Shown: one piece after another, positions 20,059-30,700 of the stretch | Layout of the letters: each line of letters starts with the position of its first letter | Numbering within the stretch: the first letter of the stretch is position 1 | Source: a virus | Taxonomy: Duplodnaviria; Caudoviricetes | Reading direction: 5' to 3' (one strand) | DNA: 64,000 bases | IMG/VR virus record: IMGVR_UViG_3300038321_000292 | Coordinates: 7,506 to 71,505 of that record | Position numbers and translations under genes: made by a program | Notes under the pieces: model-generated | What the model was told of the DNA's origin: nothing | The model's input: the letters and a program-made list of their open reading frames with translations, nothing else | Database searches by the model: none

Positions 20059-21747
20059 TTATGTTTTTGTGATTGTAATGGTACTGGATACTTTACTTGT
20101 ATAAGTACTACCCCCTGCATAATATAATTGTAAACTATTTTCCCCTGTAAGTGTTGGTGTGTAAGTGTAGGTTATTGTTCCAGTTGTGTCACTTGTGAGG
20201 GTTGTTAATTTTTTATTGTTTTCTTTTAGGATTATACTTGCACTACTTATCACAGTATTGGTGTTAGTGGTTATTGTTCCAGTTATTATGGCTGTATCTG
20301 TGGTTAAACTGGTTTTATCTGTACTTATTTTTAATCTTACTGGTGTTTTACCAGTTGTTATACTTACAGTTACTGTGCTGGTTGTTATTGTATTATAATT
20401 TGTGGTTGCAGTACTTATTAATTTGTAAGTGGTATTTGCTGTTGGTTGTTGTGTGAAGTAAGCTTTTCCATTAGTATTTGTAGTAGTTGTTCCGAGTAAG
20501 GTATTGTTACTGTCGTATAGTTTTATTTCAAGATTGTTTATTGGTTGTTTCCATATGTCAAGGAATTGTCCATTTATTTCTATTTTTTCAGTATTTGTAG
20601 TACTTGTAGTACTAATGTTGATTGTTCCCGTAATATTTTTACTATCAGTTATATTATTACTTACTGTGTAACTTTGTAGTGTTCCATAAGTACTACTTGA
20701 TGGACTACTTGTATTCCAGTAACAATAAGTGATTGTTCCTGAATATGAACCGTTTACATAAATGTTTTGTGGGGTATTATTTTTAAATGAGGAGTAACTA
20801 ATATTATTATTACTATCATCATTGTAAACTCCACCACCCTCAGTTGAAGCATTATTACCTGAAAATGTACAACCAGTCACAGTATTTGAGGAATTGTTCA
20901 GAATAGCCCCACCAGAACTTGAAGCATTATTACTGAAAGTACAATCAGTCACAATATTTGAGAAACTGTTATAAATAGCCCCACCACCATAAGTTGAAGC
21001 ATTATTACTGAAAGTACAATCAGTCACCGTATTACTACTATTATTGTAAACTCCACCACCATAAGTTGAAGCATTATTACTGAAAGTACAATCAGTCACC
21101 GTATTACTACTATTATTGTAAACTCCACCACCATTATTTGAAGCATTATTACTGAAAGTACAATCAGTCACCGTATTACCACTACTATTGTAAACTCCAC
21201 CACCAGAAGTTGAAGCATTATTACCTGAAAATGTACAATCAGTCACCGTATTACTACTACCATTATTGCAAACTCCACCACCATTATTTGCATAACCATT
21301 TTGAAAAGTTAAACCCTGAAGTAAACAATGAACACCAGTAGGACTAACAAAACCACTACGATAAGTATCCTCACCATCAAACAAGGTTTTACCCTTAACA
21401 CCAAAAATCTTAACATTACCTCGTATTATAAGATTACAATTAACACCATCACCAGTATAAGTACCCTCCATAATTAACACGGATTCATAATCATTCATAA
21501 CACTTAAAGCTTTACTAACAGTTTTAAACGGTACTGTTTTACTTGTACCAGTATTAGTATCACTCCCTAAAGTATCACTAACATAATAATTATAAGTTTC
21601 AGGATAAACTACTCCTAAACCTTTAATCTTATTTGTAAGTGTAGTTAAACCCATAGTACTTGTTGCATCAGTTACACCTGCATCGTTAAGATTACTCACC
21701 ATAAGTCTTCTTAAAGTATTTATATTACTTAATAAACTCATATTCAA
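20059..21747 (-). CDS. Adhesin-like virion protein: parallel beta-helix with GGA(I/V)/FxxN repeats plus Ig-like C-terminal domains
   Basis: PFKTVSKAL N-terminal motif; repeated NTVTDCTFSNNAS..GGGVYN; Ig-like tail. Confidence 0.85.
   Translation of the reverse strand: MNMSLLSNINTLRRLMVSNLNDAGVTDATSTMGLTTLTNKIKGLGVVYPETYNYYVSDTLGSDTNTGTSKTVPFKTVSKALSVMNDYESVLIMEGTYTGDGVNCNLIIRGNVKIFGVKGKTLFDGEDTYRSGFVSPTGVHCLLQGLTFQNGYANNGGGVCNNGSSNTVTDCTFSGNNASTSGGGVYNSSGNTVTDCTFSNNASNNGGGVYNNSSNTVTDCTFSNNASTYGGGVYNNSSNTVTDCTFSNNASTYGGGAIYNSFSNIVTDCTFSNNASSSGGAILNNSSNTVTGCTFSGNNASTEGGGVYNDDSNNNISYSSFKNNTPQNIYVNGSYSGTITYCYWNTSSPSSSTYGTLQSYTVSNNITDSKNITGTINISTTSTTNTEKIEINGQFLDIWKQPINNLEIKLYDSNNTLLGTTTTNTNGKAYFTQQPTANTTYKLISTATTNYNTITTSTVTVSITTGKTPVRLKISTDKTSLTTDTAIITGTITTNTNTVISSASIILKENNKKLTTLTSDTTGTITYTYTPTLTGENSLQLYYAGGSTYTSKVSSTITITKT
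20821..21300. repeat. Coding tandem repeat, about 72 bp unit, 6-7 copies
   Basis: attattactgaaagtacaatcagtcac recurs at 21001 and 21073 (period 72); encodes the 24 aa unit NTVTDCTFSNNASTYGGGVYNNSS. Confidence 0.9.
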
Positions 21748-21750
21748 TCA

Positions 21751-22482
21751 CTATCCTGTTATTATATCATTTGCTGTACCAATCAGATTATCAATTTCAG
21801 TCTTAGAATACACATCACTACTATTAGCTTTAGTACTTAAACTAGTATCAACTTCAGTTTTAGTATAAACATCTGATGTATTTGCTTTTAATCCTAAATT
21901 AGTATCTACTTCACTTTTATTATAATAATCACTTAAATCAACTTCCAAACTACCAAAACGGTCATAAGCACCATTATACCACAAATAATTATCAAAACTA
22001 TTACTCCCACTAGTACCATTCGGAACACAATAAATAATACCAGTCTCACCAGTACTAGGTAACTCTGCAAAAGTATTCGCAGTAACAATAGTAAACAAAG
22101 TAGTACCAGTATCCCCCTTATCCCCCTTAGGACCACGAATATTAATATTAGCAGGATTAGTTAAATTCCCATTATTAGTCCATGATAAAATAACATCATC
22201 AGACAACTCAGTAACAACAGGAGTATAAACAAAACCAGCATCACCCTTCAAATCAGTGTAAGTATAATTCTCCTCAACACTATTCTTAATACCAAGTCTT
22301 GTACCCTCCCAACTATACAGAATACTAATCCCAGTAAGATTACCAGTATAAGTATACTCATCAGTACTTGTACCATTATTAGGTTTAACACGGATACCAA
22401 CACGATCATTTACTTTATCGATGACAAATTCTAATCCATCACCTGTTAAACCTTTAATATTATTTAAACTTTTTAAACTCAA
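21751..22482 (-). CDS. Fibre-like virion protein with collagen-like stretch and YxKxEVD coiled-coil repeats
   Basis: GPKGDKGDTG; LPSTGETGIIY; C-terminal YNKSEVD / YTKTEVD / YSKTEID repeats. Confidence 0.7.
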   Translation of the reverse strand: MSLKSLNNIKGLTGDGLEFVIDKVNDRVGIRVKPNNGTSTDEYTYTGNLTGISILYSWEGTRLGIKNSVEENYTYTDLKGDAGFVYTPVVTELSDDVILSWTNNGNLTNPANINIRGPKGDKGDTGTTLFTIVTANTFAELPSTGETGIIYCVPNGTSGSNSFDNYLWYNGAYDRFGSLEVDLSDYYNKSEVDTNLGLKANTSDVYTKTEVDTSLSTKANSSDVYSKTEIDNLIGTANDIITG

Positions 22483-22497
22483 AACTTATCCACACTC

Positions 22498-23418
22498 TCA
22501 TAAATCTATAAAAAAATTTCCATCATCATCAACACTCACATCACACTTAATACTATCTGTATCAACACTCATATCCCCCTCATCATCAACAATAAAATCA
22601 GGAATAGTGTCAATATTATCATTATAAATCAAATACAAGTTCCCATCTTTATCTTGAAAGAAATTATATTGGAAACTTGGAATACTAAGTAACTCTGATT
22701 CACTTGTATGGAAATCATTATCTCCATTAAAAACACTGCGAATATTTAACATTTCAGTATTACTTGGATTATAATAAACACTAGCAACACCCTCACTATT
22801 AGTCTTAGATTGTCCAATAAGTTTATCATTACTATAAAAACTCACATCAATATTAGGTAAACCTGAACCTCGAGTATTAGTTAAAATACTAACTAAATTC
22901 ATACTAACCCCAACATCTACACGATCATTTGGATTACTTGTTAATGTTAAAAATGTTCTTGATAAAACATTCTGACTACTATAATTCACTTCTCCACTAA
23001 TAGTAACATCTTGAAGAGTGTCTACACTAAAAATCACATCAAAACTATGAATATTATACTCTAATATTTCCAAGTTCAATACAGTTTTAACTCGACGGAT
23101 TTTATTTATAACTTCCTTAAAATAATTTTCCAATTTAAATACAAGCATACTTGACTTATTTTCCTTTAATAATTCATAAGAATGATTACCAAAATTATTA
23201 TAAGTGCTTAAACCTTTACTTCCTAACTCATTATAAGCAGTTAAGAGTGCTATTGTTATATCATTTTCTACACAATCTTTTCCTTTTAAAAGTTTAAAAT
23301 CTCCCTTTTCAAGTGTACGATCCCATCGTCCGTCTTCATTTCTACGATGAATATCAATATCCCTTCCAAGTGTACTGTATTGTCTATCTTCTGTGTCTGT
23401 GATTTTACTTATACTCAT
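22498..23418 (-). CDS. Baseplate gp25/gp46-like sheath initiator fused to an Ig-like domain
   Basis: GDFKLLKGKDCVENDITIALLTAYNEL...NFGN pattern; Ig-like second half. Confidence 0.7.
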   Translation of the reverse strand: MSISKITDTEDRQYSTLGRDIDIHRRNEDGRWDRTLEKGDFKLLKGKDCVENDITIALLTAYNELGSKGLSTYNNFGNHSYELLKENKSSMLVFKLENYFKEVINKIRRVKTVLNLEILEYNIHSFDVIFSVDTLQDVTISGEVNYSSQNVLSRTFLTLTSNPNDRVDVGVSMNLVSILTNTRGSGLPNIDVSFYSNDKLIGQSKTNSEGVASVYYNPSNTEMLNIRSVFNGDNDFHTSESELLSIPSFQYNFFQDKDGNLYLIYNDNIDTIPDFIVDDEGDMSVDTDSIKCDVSVDDDGNFFIDL

Positions 23419-24065
23419 GTTCCACCTCCATTATTTTCTAATACTGTTAATCGGTCATTTAATCCTTTAATTAAAGTATCTACTTCTGTTTTACTATAAT
23501 AATCTTTTGTATCTGTTGTTAATGCATCATTCCCATTAATTGTAACATTATCAGATTTAATTGTAATACTATCCTGATTAAGAATTATACTACTATCATA
23601 ATATTGTAATTTTAATTCCCCAGTATACGCATTATTAAGTATTAATTGATTATCTTTACTAATATATCCTATAACACAATTCTCTTTCTTATTATCACTA
23701 TCACGAATATTAAGAACAATTGCATAAAACTTATTAACTGGAATAATACATTGCTCATTATAAGTAGTATCAACACTAGCATCACCCACAGGGGTGAAAC
23801 TAACATTAACCTCCCCACTTACAACAAGATGTGATTCAACACAACGCTCTGTAGTGTTATCATTAAACTTAACTAAGACTTTATCAGTTGCAGGATAAAA
23901 TCGTAGTACTTCCCCCACACGGATTTTAGTAGATTCTAATTTCTCATCAGCTTTACTAGTCTGACTATCACTACCATTCAACACAGTATCAGAAGCATCG
24001 AACATATCCATAAATGCTTTATAACCCCTAAACTGTGTTACTGTTATATTCTTACTATTACTCAT
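23415..24065 (-). CDS. Baseplate spike (gpV/gp5-like OB fold)
   Basis: IRVGEVLRFYPATDKVLVKF OB-fold start; beta-strand repeats; position between hub and gp25-like gene. Confidence 0.65.
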   Translation of the reverse strand: MSNSKNITVTQFRGYKAFMDMFDASDTVLNGSDSQTSKADEKLESTKIRVGEVLRFYPATDKVLVKFNDNTTERCVESHLVVSGEVNVSFTPVGDASVDTTYNEQCIIPVNKFYAIVLNIRDSDNKKENCVIGYISKDNQLILNNAYTGELKLQYYDSSIILNQDSITIKSDNVTINGNDALTTDTKDYYSKTEVDTLIKGLNDRLTVLENNGGGT

Positions 24066-24080
24066 ACCATTAAATCCCTA

Positions 24081-24578
24081 TTAAGATGTTGTTGTGCTTG
24101 TTGTATTGGTACTGTCAGTTGATTCTGTTCCTGAACCCTCACTATCAGTACTAGTATCATCACTATTCTCACCAATCTTATTACTCTCACCAGACCCAAA
24201 ACTAGGAGGATAATCCTGAAAAGTTAAACCAGTAACCCATTCATCATCAGCTGATTGGCTATGATCCACTTTTGTTAAATACATATAATCACTAATATCA
24301 AATGACGGTACTTGTACAAGACACCATTTACCAGTTTTCCATTTATCACTACCAATTGTTTTACATTCAAGTGTATGCCCATTATCTCTTTTGGATTTGT
24401 TAACTTCAAGTTTAGCAAATTTAAGAGCATCAGTATAATTTGTGATTGGTTCTTCTACTGTTTTCTGAACCCATTTCTTTTCAGTTGTAGTGTTCTCAGT
24501 AGAGGAATCAGTTGATGTTGAATCAGTACTATTAGTTGTAGAATCCGTAGCATTAGTATTATCAGTTGTTGTTGGCAT
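24081..24578 (-). CDS. Baseplate hub (gp27/gp44-like), C-terminal portion
   Basis: WKTGKWCLVQVPSFDISDYMYLTKVDHSQ...WVTGLTF matches the last barrel of hub proteins; S/T/D-rich ends. Confidence 0.55.
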   Translation of the reverse strand: MPTTTDNTNATDSTTNSTDSTSTDSSTENTTTEKKWVQKTVEEPITNYTDALKFAKLEVNKSKRDNGHTLECKTIGSDKWKTGKWCLVQVPSFDISDYMYLTKVDHSQSADDEWVTGLTFQDYPPSFGSGESNKIGENSDDTSTDSEGSGTESTDSTNTTSTTTS

Positions 24579-24603
24579 TACTAATCATTTCCTTTTATTA
24601 TTA

Positions 24604-25560
24604 TTATTTCTTGTGCCATACCCATTTCTTCTTCTTACTATCCCAAGTATACTTTTCGCCTTTAATACGACCTTGACTATCTCTTTTAATTCCACTCTTC
24701 TTATCTGAAGAGTAAGAGGATTTTTTCATCCACACCCATTTACCATGAGTATAAAAGTATCGTTCACCACTTTTCTTTTTACTACTTGATTTACTACTTG
24801 TTTTACCACTACTTGTAGTTGAACTCCCAGTACTACTACTTGTACCCCCTGTACTTGTTCCATCAGTGCTTGTACTATCAGTTGAAGTTGAATCAGTACT
24901 ACTTGATGTTGATACATCTTCCTGAACCCATTTTAATACTTTTTTAGTACAATTAATCTCTTTTAATTTTGTACCAAATCGGTCAATCAATTCAGGAATC
25001 TTTATAACAAACTTCTTACTATAATCCTCACCATAACTGAAAACAAAGAAGTTAGGAGTATCAGGATTATAATCAGTAATAGTTACACCATCATCAGTAA
25101 TGTTTAATCCTTCACGTAACCATAATTCACAAGACTCTTCAGGAACAGGAACCTTATTAATATAAACACGATTCTCCACAATACGATACTCTACTTCTCC
25201 ATCTAATGGTTTTAATAAATCTTTAATCATATCATTATAAGTACTAGCACTATCCCCAGTATCATCTTCTTCAGTATTTGTAGATTCAGTAGCACTTACA
25301 AGACGGAATCTTGCACTACCACTTTTCTCAGTACCACAGAATCCACAATAATCACTATCACATTTACTACAAGTTAATTCCCCTTCAGGTACGCCTTTAG
25401 GATTATTCTGTAATGTTCCTGGTGTTTTACTATTACAGGTTGTACTAGTGCAAAGGTTTTTCCAAGTCTTAGTATACTTCTTATAACCTTGATAATCACT
25501 TTGACTTTTACATGACCCACAAGACGGGTACATGTTTACTGTTATTGTATCATCAGCCAT
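24604..25560 (-). CDS. Baseplate hub middle portion with Cys-rich N-terminal insert
   Basis: Eight Cys in the first ~70 aa; YNDMIKDLLKPLDGEVEYRIVENRVYINKVP hub-like segment; S/T- and K-rich tail. Confidence 0.5.
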   Translation of the reverse strand: MADDTITVNMYPSCGSCKSQSDYQGYKKYTKTWKNLCTSTTCNSKTPGTLQNNPKGVPEGELTCSKCDSDYCGFCGTEKSGSARFRLVSATESTNTEEDDTGDSASTYNDMIKDLLKPLDGEVEYRIVENRVYINKVPVPEESCELWLREGLNITDDGVTITDYNPDTPNFFVFSYGEDYSKKFVIKIPELIDRFGTKLKEINCTKKVLKWVQEDVSTSSSTDSTSTDSTSTDGTSTGGTSSSTGSSTTSSGKTSSKSSSKKKSGERYFYTHGKWVWMKKSSYSSDKKSGIKRDSQGRIKGEKYTWDSKKKKWVWHKK

Positions 25561-25583
25561 TTCTTATTTAACCTCCACTTTTT

Positions 25584-27245
25584 TTAAGTATTTTTACTCC
25601 ATTTACATTTAACATAAGCAGGAGTACTATTCCCACTTGGAGGGTCACGACATACTTGATCTTGTGTACGACTATGTATAATCCCAAGACTACTATTTCC
25701 TCCACTATAATAATCTGATGGGTCTTGCCATGATCCATTTTGTTTAATTTGTATAGTATGGTGAGTTCCACTTATACGGGAATGTGCTGATGGATAACAT
25801 ATATCTCTTGCTATTATTCCTACTTTAAAGTTTAGTACATGATACCACCATGCTGTAGCCCCATAACAATCAAAACTTCTTTGCCCTTTCTCATAAGCAT
25901 TCCATGCTTCTGTTGGGTCATGAGTACTGAATCCTCCATAACTAAAACTTTTAAATGCTGCTTTAGCTTGGTCAATAGTCATACTTCCATCACCATGAGC
26001 ACTACCATCATTACCTGAACTAGATTTACTTGTCCAACTTATCACATCATCTTGTAAGTCTGTGAAATCCACTACAGGTATAAGGCCTGCTGTTTTGATG
26101 ACTTCTTCAAGGATTTTACTACGATACATATTCTCATAAGTGAGTTTATCCTCTACTTCAAGTAATTTACCATAATCATTTAAACTTAATTCTGTACCAT
26201 CTTTAGTGAATTTTTCCTCGGTAATCCATCCATTAAGACTATGATATAAACCCGTTACTTCTTGTGTGATTTCATCTACTGCTTGTTGATGTATTTGTGT
26301 TTTTTCAAGTGTTGTTGGATTAGGATCTTCTTTTGCACCCGTACTGTTTAACTTATTCTTTTTTTCTATTTCTTTTTCAGTATCTTGATTAGTAATCACA
26401 TAATGAATTACAGTAGCAGTACTTGAACTATTACTATTATTACTTGTTTTTGATGAAGAGTTATCTGTGCTTGTTGAGTCCTTTGTACTATCAGTACTTG
26501 AAGTTTTACTCTTAGAATTAGTTGTAGATGAAGTAGTGTCTTTTGGTGCTTCTTCTTTACTTTTTATTTCAGATTCATTATGAGCTTTAATATTCTCTTT
26601 TTTACGTGCAACTAATTCAGCAAGTAATTCTTTTTCACGTTTACTAACCATTGCATTGATTTCAGTTTTAGTATAAGTTTTAGTATCTGATGGATCTTTA
26701 CGACCATTACATAATAGGATTCTTTGTCCTTTGTAAAGTTTCTTCAAATCTGTTTTATTATATTTTAATTGTACTTTTCCCTCACCAGTACAATCTTCAT
26801 AATCATTACTAAAATCTGCATTATATAATTGATTATAACTATAAGTTTCTAAGATTTCGCCTTGATGTAATTTGAATTTAGTACTATCATCATCAGATTC
26901 TGTATCTTCTTCAGTATCTTCACTATCACTATCTGTTGTGTCTTCAGTATCATCAGTGGTTTCCAAGTTACTTTCACCACTACGATAATCAGTAAAATTA
27001 TCTTCATCAGTGCGGTACACATCTAATTGATGTATACGAATGTTTGCTGGTACTGGTCGTAAATCTGTTGTGTTATATAAAGTTTTAGGAGGGGAAGTTA
27101 CTGTTTTGGAGGTGTTTGATGTAGATGTACCGGCCTCTTTTTCATTACTTTGAGGTGTTACTTGTACTGTTTTTTTTCGTGTTCTTACTACTGTCAGTTT
27201 TATCACTTGTTTTAGCAACTTTTCCCTTAGCTTCTTCAGCTTCAA
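25584..27245 (-). CDS. Baseplate hub N-terminal portion with C-terminal transglutaminase/papain-like Cys-His-Asp domain (candidate virion-associated pseudomurein peptidase)
   Basis: GWITEEKF...LSLNDYGKLLE hub pattern; DCYGATAW...GTHHTIQIKQNGSWQDP; true start may lie a few codons downstream. Confidence 0.6.
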   Translation of the reverse strand: MKLKKLREKLLKQVIKLTVVRTRKKTVQVTPQSNEKEAGTSTSNTSKTVTSPPKTLYNTTDLRPVPANIRIHQLDVYRTDEDNFTDYRSGESNLETTDDTEDTTDSDSEDTEEDTESDDDSTKFKLHQGEILETYSYNQLYNADFSNDYEDCTGEGKVQLKYNKTDLKKLYKGQRILLCNGRKDPSDTKTYTKTEINAMVSKREKELLAELVARKKENIKAHNESEIKSKEEAPKDTTSSTTNSKSKTSSTDSTKDSTSTDNSSSKTSNNSNSSSTATVIHYVITNQDTEKEIEKKNKLNSTGAKEDPNPTTLEKTQIHQQAVDEITQEVTGLYHSLNGWITEEKFTKDGTELSLNDYGKLLEVEDKLTYENMYRSKILEEVIKTAGLIPVVDFTDLQDDVISWTSKSSSGNDGSAHGDGSMTIDQAKAAFKSFSYGGFSTHDPTEAWNAYEKGQRSFDCYGATAWWYHVLNFKVGIIARDICYPSAHSRISGTHHTIQIKQNGSWQDPSDYYSGGNSSLGIIHSRTQDQVCRDPPSGNSTPAYVKCKWSKNT

Positions 27246-27726
27246 CTATTTTCTTATTCGCTTCAGTATATTCCTCAACTTTAATATTAGTAGTAGTACC
27301 CTCATAAATTGTTGAATTTGTAATAGTACTCGTGTTTTCTGGAATTTCAGTTACTGTGAATTCTAATTCAATACTTCGAGGCTTATTCCTATCCTTTTTA
27401 ACTGTAATGTTAGCTTTGAAAGGATCGCCCATATCACGACATGTAACAGTAGGTGTTCCCTGAATCATCTTGCGAAGAATCTTATCATGAACATCACTTT
27501 TACCTTTATCAAAAAACATTACTGCTTTAAAAGTAAATTGGCGAGGGATGAAATTAGCTTCACTAAACTGGATTGTACCATTCATAATATTAGTTCGAGT
27601 CATCTCTCGTCTTTGGTACGGTTCACTTGCAGTAATATTCTCCGCATAAAAAGGATACCCATCAATTTCAATATCCTGATTTTTATAAGCAATAGGAGTA
27701 TAATCCCAATTATTAGTAGAAACTAT
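27145..27726 (-). CDS. Tail tube initiator/distal-tail-like protein; probable ATA start at 27726 (track starts at 27603)
   Basis: 41 open codons (…DIEIDGYPFYAENI…) upstream of the ATG; ATA overlaps the tape-measure stop as ATAG, after GGATGTGA RBS. Confidence 0.6.
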   Translation of the reverse strand: MVSTNNWDYTPIAYKNQDIEIDGYPFYAENITASEPYQRREMTRTNIMNGTIQFSEANFIPRQFTFKAVMFFDKGKSDVHDKILRKMIQGTPTVTCRDMGDPFKANITVKKDRNKPRSIELEFTVTEIPENTSTITNSTIYEGTTTNIKVEEYTEANKKIVEAEEAKGKVAKTSDKTDSSKNTKKNSTSNTSK

Positions 27727-30700
27727 ACTGTCACATCCTTAACTGCTTTAAATCCTTCCATTGCATTAATCATAACTTGTTGACTTTCCCTTGTTGTTAA
27801 GTTACGAGCATCTAATTGCACAGCACCTTCACCTACTTGTATACTAACATTCTTTTGAGGTATTGATGGTTTGAATGTTTTATTAGCATCTTTAATACTA
27901 TTTAAAGTACTAGTACCGAAACTTTTACCTAAACTATTATTACTTAATAAACTACTGAAATTAGTACTTTTATAACCTAATGCTGCAGATTTACCCATAC
28001 GTTGAGCAGCAGTGTAAAGTTTACTTTCCCCACTACTGAAGAATTGGAGTGCATAATTAACTTCACCTAATGCTGAACGTGCAATAATACCAGGTGAAGC
28101 TATTCCTCCACCATCTTTATAACCTTGTGCAGATGCTGCTCCTAATTCACTACCTGCAGTATAAAATTGTGATTTCTTACTAGTAATATTACTTAAAGCT
28201 GTAGCTACTTCAGTTGCAGCTGCTTGAGCCATACCTTTAATACCAGCACTAAAACCATTCTTAACACCAGCACCAACCTGATTACCTTTACTATTAGCTT
28301 GACCCACAAGACTATTCATAGCAGATAAAAATATAGGGGTAATGACACCTGCAAGATTTCCTAAACCTGCACGTATACCTTGACTAATAGCTTGACCAAC
28401 ACTAACACCACCAGTTCTCATCTGTCCAGTACTTGTTTTAAGAATACCCCTAATCTGATTTAAAGCATTACGAATACTATTTAAAGCATTACCAGATTGT
28501 ACACTTTTAAGATTGTTCAAACCAGCTAATTCAGATGCAGTTTGCTTAATCGCAGATACTGCTTTCTTAATATTCGCAGTATTAGCAACAGTAGGAATAC
28601 CCTTTAAAGCACCTGCAGCTGTACGAACTTGAGGTAAAACTGTAGTTAACTTCTTAAGTTTAGTATTAACAGTAGTAGGAATATTACTAATAGTATTCAA
28701 ACCAGCAATATACACACTAGCTTGACCAAGAGCAGTACGAGCTTTCTGAAGTGTAGGTACAATATTAGTAAAATTAATACCTGTAGTTGTAATACCATTT
28801 AAAGTTTTAAGACTACTTGTAACAGTTTTAACACCTGTAGCAACATTCTTAACCTTAGTACTTGCTTGAGGAGGAACATTAGCAATAGTATTAAATCCTG
28901 CAAGAATTGTAGCTGCTTGTGTAATTTGTGATTTAGCAGTACGTAATGATCCAATTACATCACCATTGAAGATTCCACCAAGACCATTAGTATTCCAATT
29001 CAAATCCCCAAGACTTTTAATTGCACTACTAACATTTTTTAAAGCTTCTGCAGTGTTTTTAAGTTTTGTCCCTACACTTGTATCAATAGTAGGCATTCCA
29101 CTAAAACTGTTTAATATAGGTACTGCATTAATAATTTCAGTTTTAGCCATTTTTAAAGCATTCATCGTGGACTTAATACCAGTACCGAAACTTAAAAGAT
29201 TACCCATACCAGTATCCCATGTAACACCTGTTAATGCTTTAATAGCTTCACTAACAGCTTTCAATGCTTCAGCTGTACTTTTAAGTTTATTAACCGCACC
29301 AGTATCCACACTTTGAATACCTTTCATATTATTAATTTCACTTATAGCATTTTTAATATCCTTCATACCATTTTTCAAATTACTACTTAATGATCCAAAG
29401 ATTCCATGTAATGTTATAACTTGTCCAAGGAATAAACTTCCAGTAACTGCAGTCATACTCATAATAGCAATAGCAACAGCCCGTAAACTTGTACTTAACA
29501 TTTTAAGTTTAGCTGGAATACTACTATTAATATTCCCAACTGCACCTAACTGATTAACTGCACTTACAGCTTTCTTAACTTGATTAACTGCTACTTGTAT
29601 TGGATTAATAATTTGTGTAAATTGTTGTACTGCTGAAAAGATTACTGCTTCAATTGATACTAATGTGATTGCACCGAATGCTTTAGCTAATTCCCACATT
29701 GCTGTTCCAATCTGTTTTATTCCATTAATCTGTCCAGTTAAATTCATGGATTGGAAATCTAATGCTTGTATAAGCATTCCAATTCCTTTTACGAAGATTA
29801 ATACTTCTGCAGCGATACCTGCAATTATTGGAATCATAATTGCAACAACTGCAGCTACTGCTAACATTGGAACAAGCATGGATGAAATACTTGCACTAAG
29901 AGTGGATAATGCTCCAGCACTTGCAGTTGAAGTTGCACTTGCACTAGCTGCAGCTGGTGCTAATTCTGCTGTTTCTGTAGCTATACCTTTAATACCACTA
30001 GTAGCTCCTTTCATACTTTTATTAGCATTCTTAAATGAATTAGTATTTACAGAACGTTTATCCATATCTGGAGTATTTGATGATTTACGTTTATCAAATA
30101 TTCCTTCTGCTACTTCTCCACCTACATTACCAGCAACATCTGCTCCAACATCACTACCAGTTTCACTTGCAACTTTTCCTGCACCTTTACTTGCAGCAGC
30201 ACCAACAGCATCACCACCTACATCTAATCCGCCTTCAGCAGCTTTATATTCCATAAGTTTAGCGATCGCTCCACTAATACCATCAGATACTACATGCCAT
30301 ATTTTACTTAATGCACGAATACCTTGAGCTGCAGCTCCAACTGCACCTAATCCCTGAGCTAATACACTAGCACCTTCACCAGCTGCAAGTAATCCCACAG
30401 CTAAGTTTCCACCAGTAGCATCATTAATACCCATAAAACCTGTAAGAACCTGTTTCTCCATAGGTAATAAGTATGCACCTAACTGTTTACCAGCCTTACT
30501 GAAAGATTTACCCATTAAAGCTTCAAGCCCAGTAGTAGTATTCATTAACTCATCAGTACCACCAATAACTTGTTCAATAGCAGCCATATATCCTTCAATA
30601 TCATCAGCTTTACCACTCCATAAACCAGTATCTTTTAATGATTGCTCACTAACTTTATACTGGTCAAGTGATGCGAATTGTCCTTGTAAACCTTTACCAA

